From IMG/VR virus record IMGVR_UViG_3300028797_000108, positions 1 through 64,000 of that record: a DNA stretch of 64,000 nucleotides, one strand, 5' to 3'. Below, in pieces: positions 1-10,259 of this stretch. A program made the translations under genes and the position numbers. Numbering within the stretch: the stretch's first letter is position 1; each line of letters begins with the position of its first letter. Below the pieces are notes generated by a model, which did no database searches, was not told where the DNA came from, and saw nothing but the letters and a program-made list of their open reading frames with translations. The DNA is from a virus. Taxonomy: Duplodnaviria; Caudoviricetes.

Positions 1-406
1 CATGTATTTCCCGTGGTGTGATACCTATTATGAGGTGTTGAATGTCAAGCCGTTTGCGGAAGGAACCACATTCCTTTCAACACCTATCACATATACATTC
101 AGTCTGCGTGCTTGGCGTAATTCTCATGAAAGCGTTGACTTGACAAAGGCCAATGATGACAATATGGACCATCTTAGAAGCTATGTTGAGCTATCTGAGA
201 CATTCAACATTGACCACAAGACAGATGAGAACAAGTTTGAACATATTGACCCTCCTTCCACTGGAACATCAGGCTTGCCAACCAGCAAGATTGCGGCAAG
301 CGGTGATGTATTAGCAGTAAACAACAAGCTAGACACTGAAACACGAATATGGGAAGACAAGAACAAGGGAGAAAAGAAAATTGACCCATGGGAAGGGTGG
401 GAATAA
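1..406 (+). CDS. Neck/head-completion protein, T4 gp14-like (5' partial)
   Basis: MYFPWCDTYYEVLNVKPF..F....TY.FSL..W..SHE resembles the T4 gp14 'IYFP....FEI..VEP...FYQLG' region; runs off the window start. Confidence 0.6.
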   Translation, partial: MYFPWCDTYYEVLNVKPFAEGTTFLSTPITYTFSLRAWRNSHESVDLTKANDDNMDHLRSYVELSETFNIDHKTDENKFEHIDPPSTGTSGLPTSKIAASGDVLAVNNKLDTETRIWEDKNKGEKKIDPWEGWE

Positions 407-424
407 ATATAAAAAGAGGTTATA

Positions 425-1783
425 ATGGCAACGAGAAGTGCGTTTAATGATGATGCCTACGAGATGTATCGTATGGACAATGTGCTGGATTCGGTCAATC
501 TTCAAGTTATTGGCTGGAACCGCGCTACCGTCGCTGATGGTCAGTGGCTACAGGATAATGCTATTGGACCGCTCAGTGCTCGTGACGTTTATCTAGCCGA
601 CCAGATTGATGATGTGGTCGGTAATGTCAACAACATCAAGCAGATCTTGAACGATATGGGTGTTGGCTCTGGTGAGTCTGGCTCCAATATGATCGGCTAC
701 AGCGTTAAGCCGCTGAATAATAGTTTGGAAAACAAGAGCCAATGGGGCGAAGGTACCGTTAGCTGGTCTCAAAAGCCGTTGTCAATCGTTCCAAGTGGTA
801 TGGGTGACCCATTGGTATCGCCTGCATCGCTTACATACATGACGTTCGGTAATGACGCTACCAAGCACGACGGCATTACACTGCAGAACGGTGAAATTGG
901 TGGCTTGTTGCAGGCTAACCTCGTTGCTGGAGAATCATACCAATTGGCATTCACACGAGAAGGTCTTTATTATCGCCGTGTAAATGGTACTGTTGGCACC
1001 ACAGCAGTTGATGCTGGTGATGTTTCAGTTGTCAATGACCCTGGAGATTTCTTAGCATTGCCATTCGGCGCTATTACACAAACACAGGCCGATGGAAGGT
1101 ACTTACAGAAGACATCAACTGACTATGTTAAACCTACTACATATAATACATTCACTGGAAAGGCAATTACCACAGACAACATAACAACTACTTCTCATAA
1201 CAGCCAAAACTATGTGACTGCTATTTCAGGTATGAGGGTCTTATCACCGACAGAAGGACTAACTGAAGTAAACCATGATACAACATTGTCAGGTAAAGGT
1301 ACATCAACTACCGCATTAGGTGTTGCTTATGCTCCGTCTGCATTATTTGCTGATGCTCTATCAGGTGCTGATGGCACTTCATCATTTTCAGCAATTACCG
1401 GTGCTATCTTTGACAAATCAGTTGTGACTGTGTCTGAAAACGCACCGTGGGTATCTACCATAACAGTAGACAGTACTGCTCATAGTGTATTCAATCCTTA
1501 TGAGCACGCATCTTATCTTTTTGAAGTGACTGGCACTAGTGAGAAAAAACTTTCACTTAAGTATAACAATGCAGTATTTTCTGCTGATTCTACTCTCGGT
1601 CTTGACTTCCGAGTTGGATCGGATTTTACATTGCCGTTTGGCGGACCGTTGTCACTTGCACCAGTTGAAGTTGCTGCGGGAGCACATGGCACTGTAAGCT
1701 GGGCTGCAGCACATACTAAATCAATAGCAGATTGGATACGATATATCATTGATGCATTGAATGTTGCTGAACCGTCAACATAA
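425..1783 (+). CDS. Putative virion fibre/structural protein
   Basis: 452 aa, S/T/G-rich, DTTLSGKGTSTTALGV fibre-type motif; preceded by AATAAATA and GAGG. Confidence 0.4.
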   Translation: MATRSAFNDDAYEMYRMDNVLDSVNLQVIGWNRATVADGQWLQDNAIGPLSARDVYLADQIDDVVGNVNNIKQILNDMGVGSGESGSNMIGYSVKPLNNSLENKSQWGEGTVSWSQKPLSIVPSGMGDPLVSPASLTYMTFGNDATKHDGITLQNGEIGGLLQANLVAGESYQLAFTREGLYYRRVNGTVGTTAVDAGDVSVVNDPGDFLALPFGAITQTQADGRYLQKTSTDYVKPTTYNTFTGKAITTDNITTTSHNSQNYVTAISGMRVLSPTEGLTEVNHDTTLSGKGTSTTALGVAYAPSALFADALSGADGTSSFSAITGAIFDKSVVTVSENAPWVSTITVDSTAHSVFNPYEHASYLFEVTGTSEKKLSLKYNNAVFSADSTLGLDFRVGSDFTLPFGGPLSLAPVEVAAGAHGTVSWAAAHTKSIADWIRYIIDALNVAEPST

Positions 1784-1793
1784 CCCTTTTAAT

Positions 1794-1820
1794 TAGCGGC
1801 TGAATAAGCCGCTATTTTTA
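1794..1820 (+). terminator. Rho-independent terminator
   Basis: TAGCGGCT-gaata-AGCCGCTA followed by a T run. Confidence 0.75.
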
Positions 1821-1858
1821 TGCAGTAATCTCGGTAATGATTTTTACATGTCCTGACA

Positions 1859-1866
1859 TATAAATA
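1859..1866 (+). promoter_or_regulatory. T4-type late promoter TATAAATA
   Basis: Exact gp55-type consensus upstream of the tail sheath gene. The same octamer occurs at 10236, 12329, 12902, 25372, 35969, 37815, 38638, 38662, 41593, 44007, 46069, 48929, 49856 and 59218. Confidence 0.85.
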
Positions 1867-1933
1867 AATACAAATAATAGATAATGTGAGTGAGTGAATT
1901 TATTAGAAGTTTATTAAATCATTACGAGGTTTT

Positions 1934-4900
1934 ATGGCTAAGTATAGCGTTCCGCAAATTAAATTTACGGAAATAGATAATTCCGTTCGCACAAGCACCC
2001 TTCCGGGTCTTGGTATCGGTGCTATCGTATTTAAGTCAAATAAGGGTCCCGTAAACCAGCGCATCTTGACATCGTCATATGATGAATTCAAGACCATTTA
2101 TGGTGAACCGGAAGATTTGACTGACTTTGGTCACTTCGCTGCAGAAAGATACCTTGCTGTTTCTAACCAGCTTTGGACCGTTCGTGCAACAATGGGCGAC
2201 GAAGCCTATGCACAAATTCAGTACCCATACAGCGATGCTGAAGCAAAGTACCGTTATCAGTCAGATGACGTAGCATCATTCAAATATGTTGACAACGAAG
2301 ACGCATCACAGCTTGATCTTTGCGATCCGCTGAAGGATGTGACAGACACCGCAGTTTTGAAGGCTAACAACAAGTGGTTTGACTCCGTTGAGACAGAACC
2401 TTCGTTCGCCCTTAAGCACAAGGCAAAGTTCATCACCATCAATGACGTAATCACTGATGCTGCTCCGCAGGTTGCCATCTATAAGGCTGATGAAGATTAC
2501 GATGCTCTTACAACCGACGCACAGAGCATCACAGTTGGCTCTGGTAAGTACATCGAGTTTGCTCAGAACGTCGCTAAGGACGGTACTGTCACTCAGATGT
2601 TTGATGACCTTATTGTCAAGCAGGAAGTTTGGGATGACGTAGCAGCAACTGCTAAGATCCCATCAGCAAACTTCACAATTCCGTCAACTGCATACATTTG
2701 GACTGAAGACGGAACCACAACATCGGGTTATAAGGTAAAGTATACCGTGCCTGCATCTGCTACATTGAATAATGCAAACGTTGCTTGCACAATGTGGTTG
2801 AATGGCGACTGCGTTAACTCAATTAAGCAAGAAAACGGTATCTTGATTAAGGACTTGTTCAATGACAGCAACTTCTATAAGGGTCACTATGCAGGAACAA
2901 GCGCAACATACGTCACAGACACCGACGCAGTTAAGCTCCAGTTGACTGACTGGGACGACTGCAATAACAAGACATTCTATGTAACTACTGCTTCTATCAA
3001 TGGCACTATCGGCCAGGCAGTTGGCGTTGCATATCGTGAATACGGCATGAGCGACAATGCTGAAGTTATTGCTATGACCGACGACGATACAGGTTACTAC
3101 GGTATTACCTGTAAGAGCGTTAAGGAATTGGCAAACGTTCATGATGAAACTGAAAAGAAGCAGAACGAAAAGCTAATTCAGCAGATCGCTGATGAATATG
3201 GCTTGGAACCTTCTCAGATCATCACAGATGATTTCGGTATTCTTTCATATGTTGAAGCAGGTCTCGGCCGTATCGGCGGAACACCTACAGAAATGCAGGA
3301 AGATGCTGCTGAAAAGAGAACATACAAGCTAATCTACTTCAAGGAATATGAAAAGCCAAACGAAGATTTGTTCTGGCTATACTCTAAGAAGGATTCCCGT
3401 GAAACTACTGTCAAGTCAGTTTACACAGCATCAGCTCCTGAAGCAGTTGTTATTCCTTGGCAGGAAGGCATGAAACAGCAGGATTCAGTCTTGGGCACTG
3501 GTGAAGAAGCAAAGAGCGTCAATAAGATGATTGCTTACCCAACCTCTGAAGTGCTCAACGGTGTGGCTGGTATCTACAAGGACGGCTACACAATGACTAA
3601 GGAATCTGACGAAGAACCGGGTAACGGTGATATTGAACAGTATGTTCCGAACATGCAGAACCAGCTTGTTATCGCTGCTATCGGTCCTGGTAAGTTCGGT
3701 AATGACATCGGCGTGTCAATCATCACTACCGAATGTGCTGATATTCCGGCTTTGAACCACCAGAACGCATTCTGCTGGAAATACAAATACGATGATGAAG
3801 ATTTGGTGAACAAGAACGAACCGAACGTTGACTTTACATGGAAGAAGGTTTACCGTATCAACGTTTACGCCAAGACAAAGACACAGACTGCGGAAGCAGC
3901 TTGGGGTACAGGCCTTGACGCTCTCTTGAAGGATCCGATTGAATCTTGGTTCGTTTCTAACGACCCACGAGCAAAGGATGGCGAAGGCAATTCCTTGTTC
4001 GCACCGAACGTCATTAATGGTAAGTCAGAATACATCTATGTTTCTCGTAGCTCTGTAAACGATGCTATGACAGGAACTGGTGATTATGCTCAACCTGTTC
4101 AGACATTCGCTATCTACGGATTGACTGGTGGTGCTAACTCTAAGAAGAATAACATGACTGAAAAGACCCAGGCATTGAAGCTCTATGCTGACCGTCAGAA
4201 GGCTGATTTTGATATCTTGTTCAACGTTGAAGCTATTGATACATTCAATGGTAAGCAGCGCTATGCCGCTCACCAGCGCCGTATCGCTGAAATCGCTGCT
4301 GCAAGAACAATGGATATCGGTGTCGTTCAGTTGACATCTAAGGAATCCAAGACCATCAAGAGAATGTTGAGCGAAGCTAAGGCATTCGCCTTTGACAACG
4401 GTTCTTATGTGGCTCCATACGCAGGCTACGATAAGTACTACAACTCAACACTTGCTTCATGGATCTACTTGCCGAAGTCTATTGCTGGTGCCGTATCTAT
4501 GGCATACTGCGACATGAACGCTTACCCATGGATGGCACCTGCTGGTACTGCTCGCGGTACTATCACTTATACATCCGGTCAGTTGGTTCAGTTGAGCGAT
4601 GATGAAATCGGTCAGTTGTATGACAACAACGTCAACACATCTCGTCCTTGTGGCGGATATGGTGAAATCTTGTGGGGTCAGAAAACTGCATTGAAGAAGG
4701 ATTCTGCTCTAAGAGGCATTAACGTTCGCCGTTGCATGAACTATTTGGAAAAGAACATTGAAAACATGTTCATCCCATATATGTTCGCACAGAACACTCC
4801 TAACACCCGCGCTGCTGCTAAGAACCAGCTTGACTCGTTCTTGAGCCGCGTCAAGGCTGCTGAGGGTATTCTCGAATATGCAACATCGGTAACTGACGAT

Positions 4901-5032
4901 GGCGATGATGAACATATCATGGTGGTAAACATCGTGGTTCGTCCAGCAGAAGCTATTGAATTCATCGATGTTAAGATTACGGTTACCCGTAGCTCAGTGG
5001 ATATTTCTGCTGAAACTACTAGAACTCGTTAA
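1934..5032 (+). CDS. Tail sheath protein (gp18-like) with large internal insertion
   Basis: N-term P.I.FTEID.S...KGPVN....SYDEF..IYGEP; C-term PWMAPAG..RG, WGQKT, INVRR, P..AIEFI. Confidence 0.93.
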   Translation: MAKYSVPQIKFTEIDNSVRTSTLPGLGIGAIVFKSNKGPVNQRILTSSYDEFKTIYGEPEDLTDFGHFAAERYLAVSNQLWTVRATMGDEAYAQIQYPYSDAEAKYRYQSDDVASFKYVDNEDASQLDLCDPLKDVTDTAVLKANNKWFDSVETEPSFALKHKAKFITINDVITDAAPQVAIYKADEDYDALTTDAQSITVGSGKYIEFAQNVAKDGTVTQMFDDLIVKQEVWDDVAATAKIPSANFTIPSTAYIWTEDGTTTSGYKVKYTVPASATLNNANVACTMWLNGDCVNSIKQENGILIKDLFNDSNFYKGHYAGTSATYVTDTDAVKLQLTDWDDCNNKTFYVTTASINGTIGQAVGVAYREYGMSDNAEVIAMTDDDTGYYGITCKSVKELANVHDETEKKQNEKLIQQIADEYGLEPSQIITDDFGILSYVEAGLGRIGGTPTEMQEDAAEKRTYKLIYFKEYEKPNEDLFWLYSKKDSRETTVKSVYTASAPEAVVIPWQEGMKQQDSVLGTGEEAKSVNKMIAYPTSEVLNGVAGIYKDGYTMTKESDEEPGNGDIEQYVPNMQNQLVIAAIGPGKFGNDIGVSIITTECADIPALNHQNAFCWKYKYDDEDLVNKNEPNVDFTWKKVYRINVYAKTKTQTAEAAWGTGLDALLKDPIESWFVSNDPRAKDGEGNSLFAPNVINGKSEYIYVSRSSVNDAMTGTGDYAQPVQTFAIYGLTGGANSKKNNMTEKTQALKLYADRQKADFDILFNVEAIDTFNGKQRYAAHQRRIAEIAAARTMDIGVVQLTSKESKTIKRMLSEAKAFAFDNGSYVAPYAGYDKYYNSTLASWIYLPKSIAGAVSMAYCDMNAYPWMAPAGTARGTITYTSGQLVQLSDDEIGQLYDNNVNTSRPCGGYGEILWGQKTALKKDSALRGINVRRCMNYLEKNIENMFIPYMFAQNTPNTRAAAKNQLDSFLSRVKAAEGILEYATSVTDDGDDEHIMVVNIVVRPAEAIEFIDVKITVTRSSVDISAETTRTR

Positions 5033-5060
5033 TCGCTGAACACGAGAAAATAATTTTAAG

Positions 5061-5087
5061 ACGGAGCCTACCAAGGCTCCGTTTTTT
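5061..5087 (+). terminator. Rho-independent terminator
   Basis: ACGGAGCC-tacca-aGGCTCCGT plus TTTTT. Confidence 0.8.
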
Positions 5088-5152
5088 GTTATATTTTGTT
5101 AATAATAGGCAAAGTATGTCTATAATCATTTTACATCTAACACGAGGAACCA

Positions 5153-5491
5153 ATGAAGGTTAAATTTCCGAACGGCGTTGAAATAGAATGCACGCCTGAC
5201 GAATATGAAGATCTGTATACCCGTGGCCTATTTGGCGGCATGGGCACAGGTACTGAAGAAGATCTATGGGCTGAGAATCTGAAGAAGATCCGCGATGCTC
5301 CAGACCGTCCTGTGCCTGGTACTGAGCCATACCAAATCAAGCCACAGAAGTGGCCTCGTCCATGGGACACTGTCACAGTGATGTATGGCGTGACTACCGA
5401 CGGTCCTTGGGCACAAGGCGATATTAAGTACGAATCCTTTGACCAATACACAACTACAGCGGAGAACAAAGATGACGAAAAGCACGACTAA
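5153..5491 (+). CDS. Hypothetical protein
   Basis: 112-aa ORF with GAGG RBS. Confidence 0.6.
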   Translation: MKVKFPNGVEIECTPDEYEDLYTRGLFGGMGTGTEEDLWAENLKKIRDAPDRPVPGTEPYQIKPQKWPRPWDTVTVMYGVTTDGPWAQGDIKYESFDQYTTTAENKDDEKHD

Positions 5492-5795
5492 ATTAACTCT
5501 TCCGAAACCTATTCGGCACCACCTATATCAGATTGGTCGTATGATTGACCATCACGGCGATGGTGAAATAGAAGACTTGGTGTGGAAGAACTATGCCGAA
5601 TTTATGAAAGGCAAGTTTATCTGCCCTAAGTGTAATGGTGACTCGACCCTCTTGAAGGAAAAAGAACTTCTTGACCCTATGTCCGGCTGGCCTTATAAAA
5701 CTGAGATGATTGAGGTGCCGTGCGACCTTTGTGATGGCAAGGGTTGGACCGAAAAAGAACTCAAACCCGTCATGGGCGTCGTCGGTTATAAATAG
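5472..5795 (+). CDS. Small DnaJ-type Zn-finger protein
   Basis: CPKCNGDS ... CDLCDGKG; probable start is the ATG at 5472 after GGAG. Confidence 0.6.
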   Translation: MTKSTTKLTLPKPIRHHLYQIGRMIDHHGDGEIEDLVWKNYAEFMKGKFICPKCNGDSTLLKEKELLDPMSGWPYKTEMIEVPCDLCDGKGWTEKELKPVMGVVGYK

Positions 5796-5822
5796 GATAC
5801 AGATTAAACATAAGGGAAATAT

Positions 5823-7109
5823 ATGAGTGATAAGAAAATAAGATGGATTTCGTTCCAACCACTAATAGGCGGGATGTGCTGCGGTGCAGAAAAAGCATTT
5901 GGCTGTCCGCCGTTATTTAACATTGACTTTGAAGGACCAGACAAAGGCAATTCATCAGCATACCTATATTATCAGAATGAAGTAAAGAAGAACAATGTTC
6001 GTGAACTTGTCTTGAATGGTAATATCCTTTCAATGGCAACTGACTTCAAGGAAGAAGATGATGAAAAGTTCTTCCAAGAAAATTGCCACGACATTGATGT
6101 GGTATCTGCAGTGCCTATTTGTTCAGGCTTGTCAGCAGCAAATGCTGTTAATGATAGCTCTAAGGCTACTAAGCGCGGTGCTGATGCCCAGCAGAACAAC
6201 AATATGTATGGAATCGCCAAGATGACCTTTGAACGCATCAAGCCAAAGGTATTCATCTTTGAAAATGCTCCTGCTTTGTTCACCAACTGCGGTAAGCCCG
6301 TCCGTGACAAGATTATGGAAATGGGTAAGGAAGCTGGCTACTCGGTGACTTGGGTAAAGACCAACACCAACCGCCACGGCAATCCGCAGTATCGTTCAAG
6401 AACATTCGGTATCTTCTGGAAGGGTAATCAGGTACCGCAGCTCAAGTATGTGAATAACCCACATGGCAAGATTGTGGACTACCTCGCAGAAATTGACCCG
6501 AAGGCTGAATATAATACAGAAGAATACATCATCAACAACAAGTTGTCCACAACAGGTTGGTATAAGTATGCCAAGGCTAAGTTCGGCGATAACTGGAGAG
6601 ACGCTATTGCTGGCAAGCTAGGCTTCTGGGCACCGTTCTTGAAGGAATTCAACACAACAGGCAAATATGACTTCTCTGAACTCAAGCCTTACTTGAACGA
6701 AAAGGAACTCAAGATGGTTGAGCACATTGAATATAAGCTCTCCATCAAGAAGGGTTTCATGGACTGCTCAACTCCTGTCTATAAGGGAGACAGCGATATT
6801 CCGACCGTCTTCCATCGCCATATTCAGACGCTTGTCCACCCGACTCGTGACTCTGGCTACACGCTGCGTGAGTTTATGAAGTTCATGGGTATGCCTGATG
6901 ACTTCACATGGCCTAACGCAAAGAAGAATCACATCTGGGTTTCGCAGAATGTGCCTGTAATCACATCTTACGACTGGCATGCTCAGATTAGAGAATTCTT
7001 GGAAGGCAAGTTGCCGATGCTTGATGAACAAGAGGTCTATTTCAACAATGAAAAGGGACCCGATGTCCAAGAAAAGTCGGTACTAGAAGAACTGTTGTCA
7101 AACGGTTAA
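5823..7109 (+). CDS. DNA cytosine-C5 methyltransferase-like protein
   Basis: Motif order: FQPLIGG (I, atypical), VPICSGLS (IV, catalytic Cys), FENAP (VI), PQYRSRTF (VIII), REFMKFMGMPDDF (IX), SQNVP (X). Confidence 0.8.
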   Translation: MSDKKIRWISFQPLIGGMCCGAEKAFGCPPLFNIDFEGPDKGNSSAYLYYQNEVKKNNVRELVLNGNILSMATDFKEEDDEKFFQENCHDIDVVSAVPICSGLSAANAVNDSSKATKRGADAQQNNNMYGIAKMTFERIKPKVFIFENAPALFTNCGKPVRDKIMEMGKEAGYSVTWVKTNTNRHGNPQYRSRTFGIFWKGNQVPQLKYVNNPHGKIVDYLAEIDPKAEYNTEEYIINNKLSTTGWYKYAKAKFGDNWRDAIAGKLGFWAPFLKEFNTTGKYDFSELKPYLNEKELKMVEHIEYKLSIKKGFMDCSTPVYKGDSDIPTVFHRHIQTLVHPTRDSGYTLREFMKFMGMPDDFTWPNAKKNHIWVSQNVPVITSYDWHAQIREFLEGKLPMLDEQEVYFNNEKGPDVQEKSVLEELLSNG

Positions 7110-7132
7110 TAACTTGTTTGTAGACTGTTTAT

Positions 7133-7159
7133 AGAGGGGTCGGAATCGGCCCTCTTTTT
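7133..7159 (+). terminator. Rho-independent terminator
   Basis: AGAGGGGTCG-gaat-CGGCCCTCT plus T run. Confidence 0.7.
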
Positions 7160-7217
7160 ATGCAGAAAATTTTTGTGTTCTGCTTCAAATCTCCCTCAAC
7201 ATTTTTATTTTTGTTAT

Positions 7218-7541
7218 ATGAATATAGAAGACCGAAGCAAGTGGCTAGAAGATATGTCTCAGGCGGAAATCAACCTGAGATTTGGCTATGTAAACATGCA
7301 GTTTAACAATAGGCTGAAATCCTTTGACGAATATAAGGAAGAAAGGCGTTCACATCGCTTTGCTGGTGAAGTATGCTCTTGCGAAGGATGTACCAATCCA
7401 GCCGAATACGAATCTGGTGATGAGGACGCACCTGTCGGCCTTTGTGAAAAGCATGCAGGCATTAAAAAGACCTACTGCTATAACATGGTTTACCGCCCAC
7501 AGCTTTTAATCAAATCTGAAAATACAGAAGGAAACTGGTAA
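7218..7541 (+). CDS. Hypothetical Cys/His (Zn-binding) protein
   Basis: CSCEGC...LCEKH; translationally coupled (TAATG) to the helicase. Confidence 0.55.
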   Translation: MNIEDRSKWLEDMSQAEINLRFGYVNMQFNNRLKSFDEYKEERRSHRFAGEVCSCEGCTNPAEYESGDEDAPVGLCEKHAGIKKTYCYNMVYRPQLLIKSENTEGNW

Positions 7542-9304
7542 TGGACCAAATTGAAGAAATCAAGCAACAATGTCAGGAATGGGCTAAGACCTATCTTGAC
7601 CCTAACTTTGAGTTCAGAAAATATCAGCTAGAAGCGATTGTGAACATTATCATGAATGTGTTGAACAAGACAAAAACACAGGTCATGAATGCTCCGACAG
7701 GTTCAGGAAAATCACTGACCGCAATTATCGCTGCTGGTGTGCTTTGGGAATGCTATGAAAAGAAATCATACATTCTTGTTTCTGACCTTAGCTTGTTTGA
7801 ACAATATGAAAATGACTTGAAGCGTTATAAGCTACCTTGGGGTCACCTCAAGGGCAAGGACAACTATGTTTGTCAGCGTAATGGCAATATCGTCTCCTGT
7901 GGTGAATGCGCATTGAATATGGTGGGCGCATCTGCACTAGCCGACAAGGATAAGGCCAAGATGATGGGTTATCATTGTGCCGGTGAATGCGAATACATTC
8001 AGATGCGAAACCTCGCTATATCTGCTCCAGTGACAATTATGACTTATCAGCTTTACTTAATACAAAGGAATTATGTGGCTGAAATGTTAACTGGCATCAC
8101 CGATGATATTCCCTTTGACAAGCGTGATTTGGTTATCTGTGATGAAGCACACAAACTGCCTGACATCATTCAGAACCACTTTGCTCCAAGGGTACCCGCT
8201 GAAGAACCTGAGTTCATGAAAACACTGAACGAATGGGCTAAGAAGAACAATAAGAAGGTACCAAACTCGAAGATCGTCACTACTATCTCGGCTAACATTA
8301 TGTCAACCGATGATCACGATGATCTTGTCGGTTATATGGGTAAGTACTCGGCACTGCTAACCGAATACGCCGCACTAAACGATGACATTCGTGCCAAAGC
8401 CAAAGAAACAAAGAAGTTCAAGGAAATGGCTAAGTACTTGCATGCAGGCAACCTTGCCCGTGAATGCAACTGTAAGTTTGGCGACTTCTTCAAACTGTGC
8501 GAACAGCTCGGTAATCAGATTGCAGTCAAGACAGATAGCGAAGAAGGCACTGTGATTAACTGCACATATGAAGGCGCCATGATTGAAAGGTACTTCCACA
8601 ATGTCAGCGATTGTGAACTGCTGATGAGTGCTACCTTGGGTGACCTTCAAATGTATCGTGCCATTATTGGGCTAGCGGCTTGCCCTAACGACCAGTATAA
8701 AGGGATGGATATACCATCTACATTTGACTTTAGCAAGTCGCCGATATATTATTCAGAAAAGAACCCCATGTCCTTCAAAGAAAAAGCTAAGAGCATTGGC
8801 CCTATCTGCTCACAGGTAGCCGAAATCTGCCGTATGTTCAAGGATAGCAAGGGTATCATCCAGACAGGCAACTACGAGAACAGTAAGAAACTGCTTGAAC
8901 GCATACCTGCTGATGTCAAGAAGCGCATTATCTTGTATGGTTCATCAAAGGATAAGATGTTCGCCTTGTCTAAATTTGAGAAGTCCAAGAATGGCATTCT
9001 TGTTGGACCTACACTGCTTGAAGGTCTGAACTTTGATGGCGATAAATGCAGATTTGCTATCTGTATGAAACTGCCGTATGCCTCCTTGGCAAACAATTTG
9101 GTCGCAGCCAAGATGAAACTCATTGACGGCTGGTATAACTACGACTTGATGGCTAAGCTAGAACAAGGCTTTGGCAGAGGAATTAGGTATAACGGTGATT
9201 GGTGCATCAATTATATTCTCGACGGCTGTTTCGCTAATATCCTTAAGTATAACGGAAACATGGTGCATAGGGGAATTAAGGCACGCCTTAAGAAATTGGG
9301 TTAA
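7541..9304 (+). CDS. DinG/Rad3-family SF2 helicase
   Basis: Q motif FRKYQ, APTGSGKS, KGKDNYVC Cys cluster, DEAH, MSAT, EGLNFDG, QGFGRGIR. Confidence 0.9.
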   Translation: MDQIEEIKQQCQEWAKTYLDPNFEFRKYQLEAIVNIIMNVLNKTKTQVMNAPTGSGKSLTAIIAAGVLWECYEKKSYILVSDLSLFEQYENDLKRYKLPWGHLKGKDNYVCQRNGNIVSCGECALNMVGASALADKDKAKMMGYHCAGECEYIQMRNLAISAPVTIMTYQLYLIQRNYVAEMLTGITDDIPFDKRDLVICDEAHKLPDIIQNHFAPRVPAEEPEFMKTLNEWAKKNNKKVPNSKIVTTISANIMSTDDHDDLVGYMGKYSALLTEYAALNDDIRAKAKETKKFKEMAKYLHAGNLARECNCKFGDFFKLCEQLGNQIAVKTDSEEGTVINCTYEGAMIERYFHNVSDCELLMSATLGDLQMYRAIIGLAACPNDQYKGMDIPSTFDFSKSPIYYSEKNPMSFKEKAKSIGPICSQVAEICRMFKDSKGIIQTGNYENSKKLLERIPADVKKRIILYGSSKDKMFALSKFEKSKNGILVGPTLLEGLNFDGDKCRFAICMKLPYASLANNLVAAKMKLIDGWYNYDLMAKLEQGFGRGIRYNGDWCINYILDGCFANILKYNGNMVHRGIKARLKKLG

Positions 9305-9347
9305 GGACATCTACTATAGCCTCAATAAATATATTAGAGGTTATAGT

Positions 9348-10235
9348 ATGAGAGAATTTAAAGATCCTAAACCACCCTTTAAGCCAACTCTTGAACATCC
9401 ATTCCCTCCGCACGATGACGGCAAGCCAATTCCGCCGCCACACCCTGGTAATTATTGTGCGGCAGCGGATGGTTTCATGAAAGCTCATCAAATTCAGAAT
9501 GTTGAGCAGTTGAAGGCATACATTAAAGGCCAGTTGGGTTCTCCAGTTATTTGTGTTGAGCTGAGCGATGAACAGTTAGAGGATATCATCCGTGACACTG
9601 TCCAGTATATTCAGCGCTACTATTTCAATGAAGGTCACTATTCAGATTGGCTCATAATGGAGCTTCAACCTGGCATTACACGATACAAGATTTGTCAGGA
9701 ATTGGAATCAGTAGTTGACTTCAGAACGTCAAACTGGATTGGCGGCATTAACGACTTGTTCACGGTACCGCATGCATTGCTTTATGACCAAGTAATGGGC
9801 ATGAACTGCTGGCAGGGCAACTGTATGGGCAACTCAGCCGCTTACGGTGATATTCTTGGAAGCTGGAAGGCAACCCTAACATGGATGGCTGAAGCAGATG
9901 ATATGTTTGGTGAACATTTCCAAGTTCGCTATAATGAAAAGGAGAAGGAACTTGAAGTAATGCCGTCACCTAAGCACCCTACAAAGGGTATGATGAAGGT
10001 GTGGAAAAGACAGCGTGCTGAACGAATCTTCAACGACTTCATGTTTAAGAAGATGGTCGTTGCTAAGGCAGGAATGGTCTGGACAAATGCTCTAAGAAAA
10101 TATAACCTCCAAATTGCCGGCGGTGGTACTCTTAACGCCGACTCGCTATATGCTAGTTATAAAGAAGATTATGACTGGTGTATTGAACATATTGAGTTCG
10201 AGTCGCCTTGTGGAGCCACATTCGCAGTAGGCTAA
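9348..10235 (+). CDS. Neck protein gp13-like
   Basis: LKAYIKGQLGSPVICVELSDEQLEDII; C-term LRKY.LQIAGGGTLNAD. Real start is the ATG at 9348 after a late promoter variant and GAGG. Confidence 0.85.
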   Translation: MREFKDPKPPFKPTLEHPFPPHDDGKPIPPPHPGNYCAAADGFMKAHQIQNVEQLKAYIKGQLGSPVICVELSDEQLEDIIRDTVQYIQRYYFNEGHYSDWLIMELQPGITRYKICQELESVVDFRTSNWIGGINDLFTVPHALLYDQVMGMNCWQGNCMGNSAAYGDILGSWKATLTWMAEADDMFGEHFQVRYNEKEKELEVMPSPKHPTKGMMKVWKRQRAERIFNDFMFKKMVVAKAGMVWTNALRKYNLQIAGGGTLNADSLYASYKEDYDWCIEHIEFESPCGATFAVG

Positions 10236-10259
10236 TATAAATACAATAGAGGTAAGCAA

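Noticed and set aside
9171-9347. N-terminal extension of gp13 in the ORF track
   Set aside because: Overlaps the helicase; promoter and RBS support the ATG at 9348
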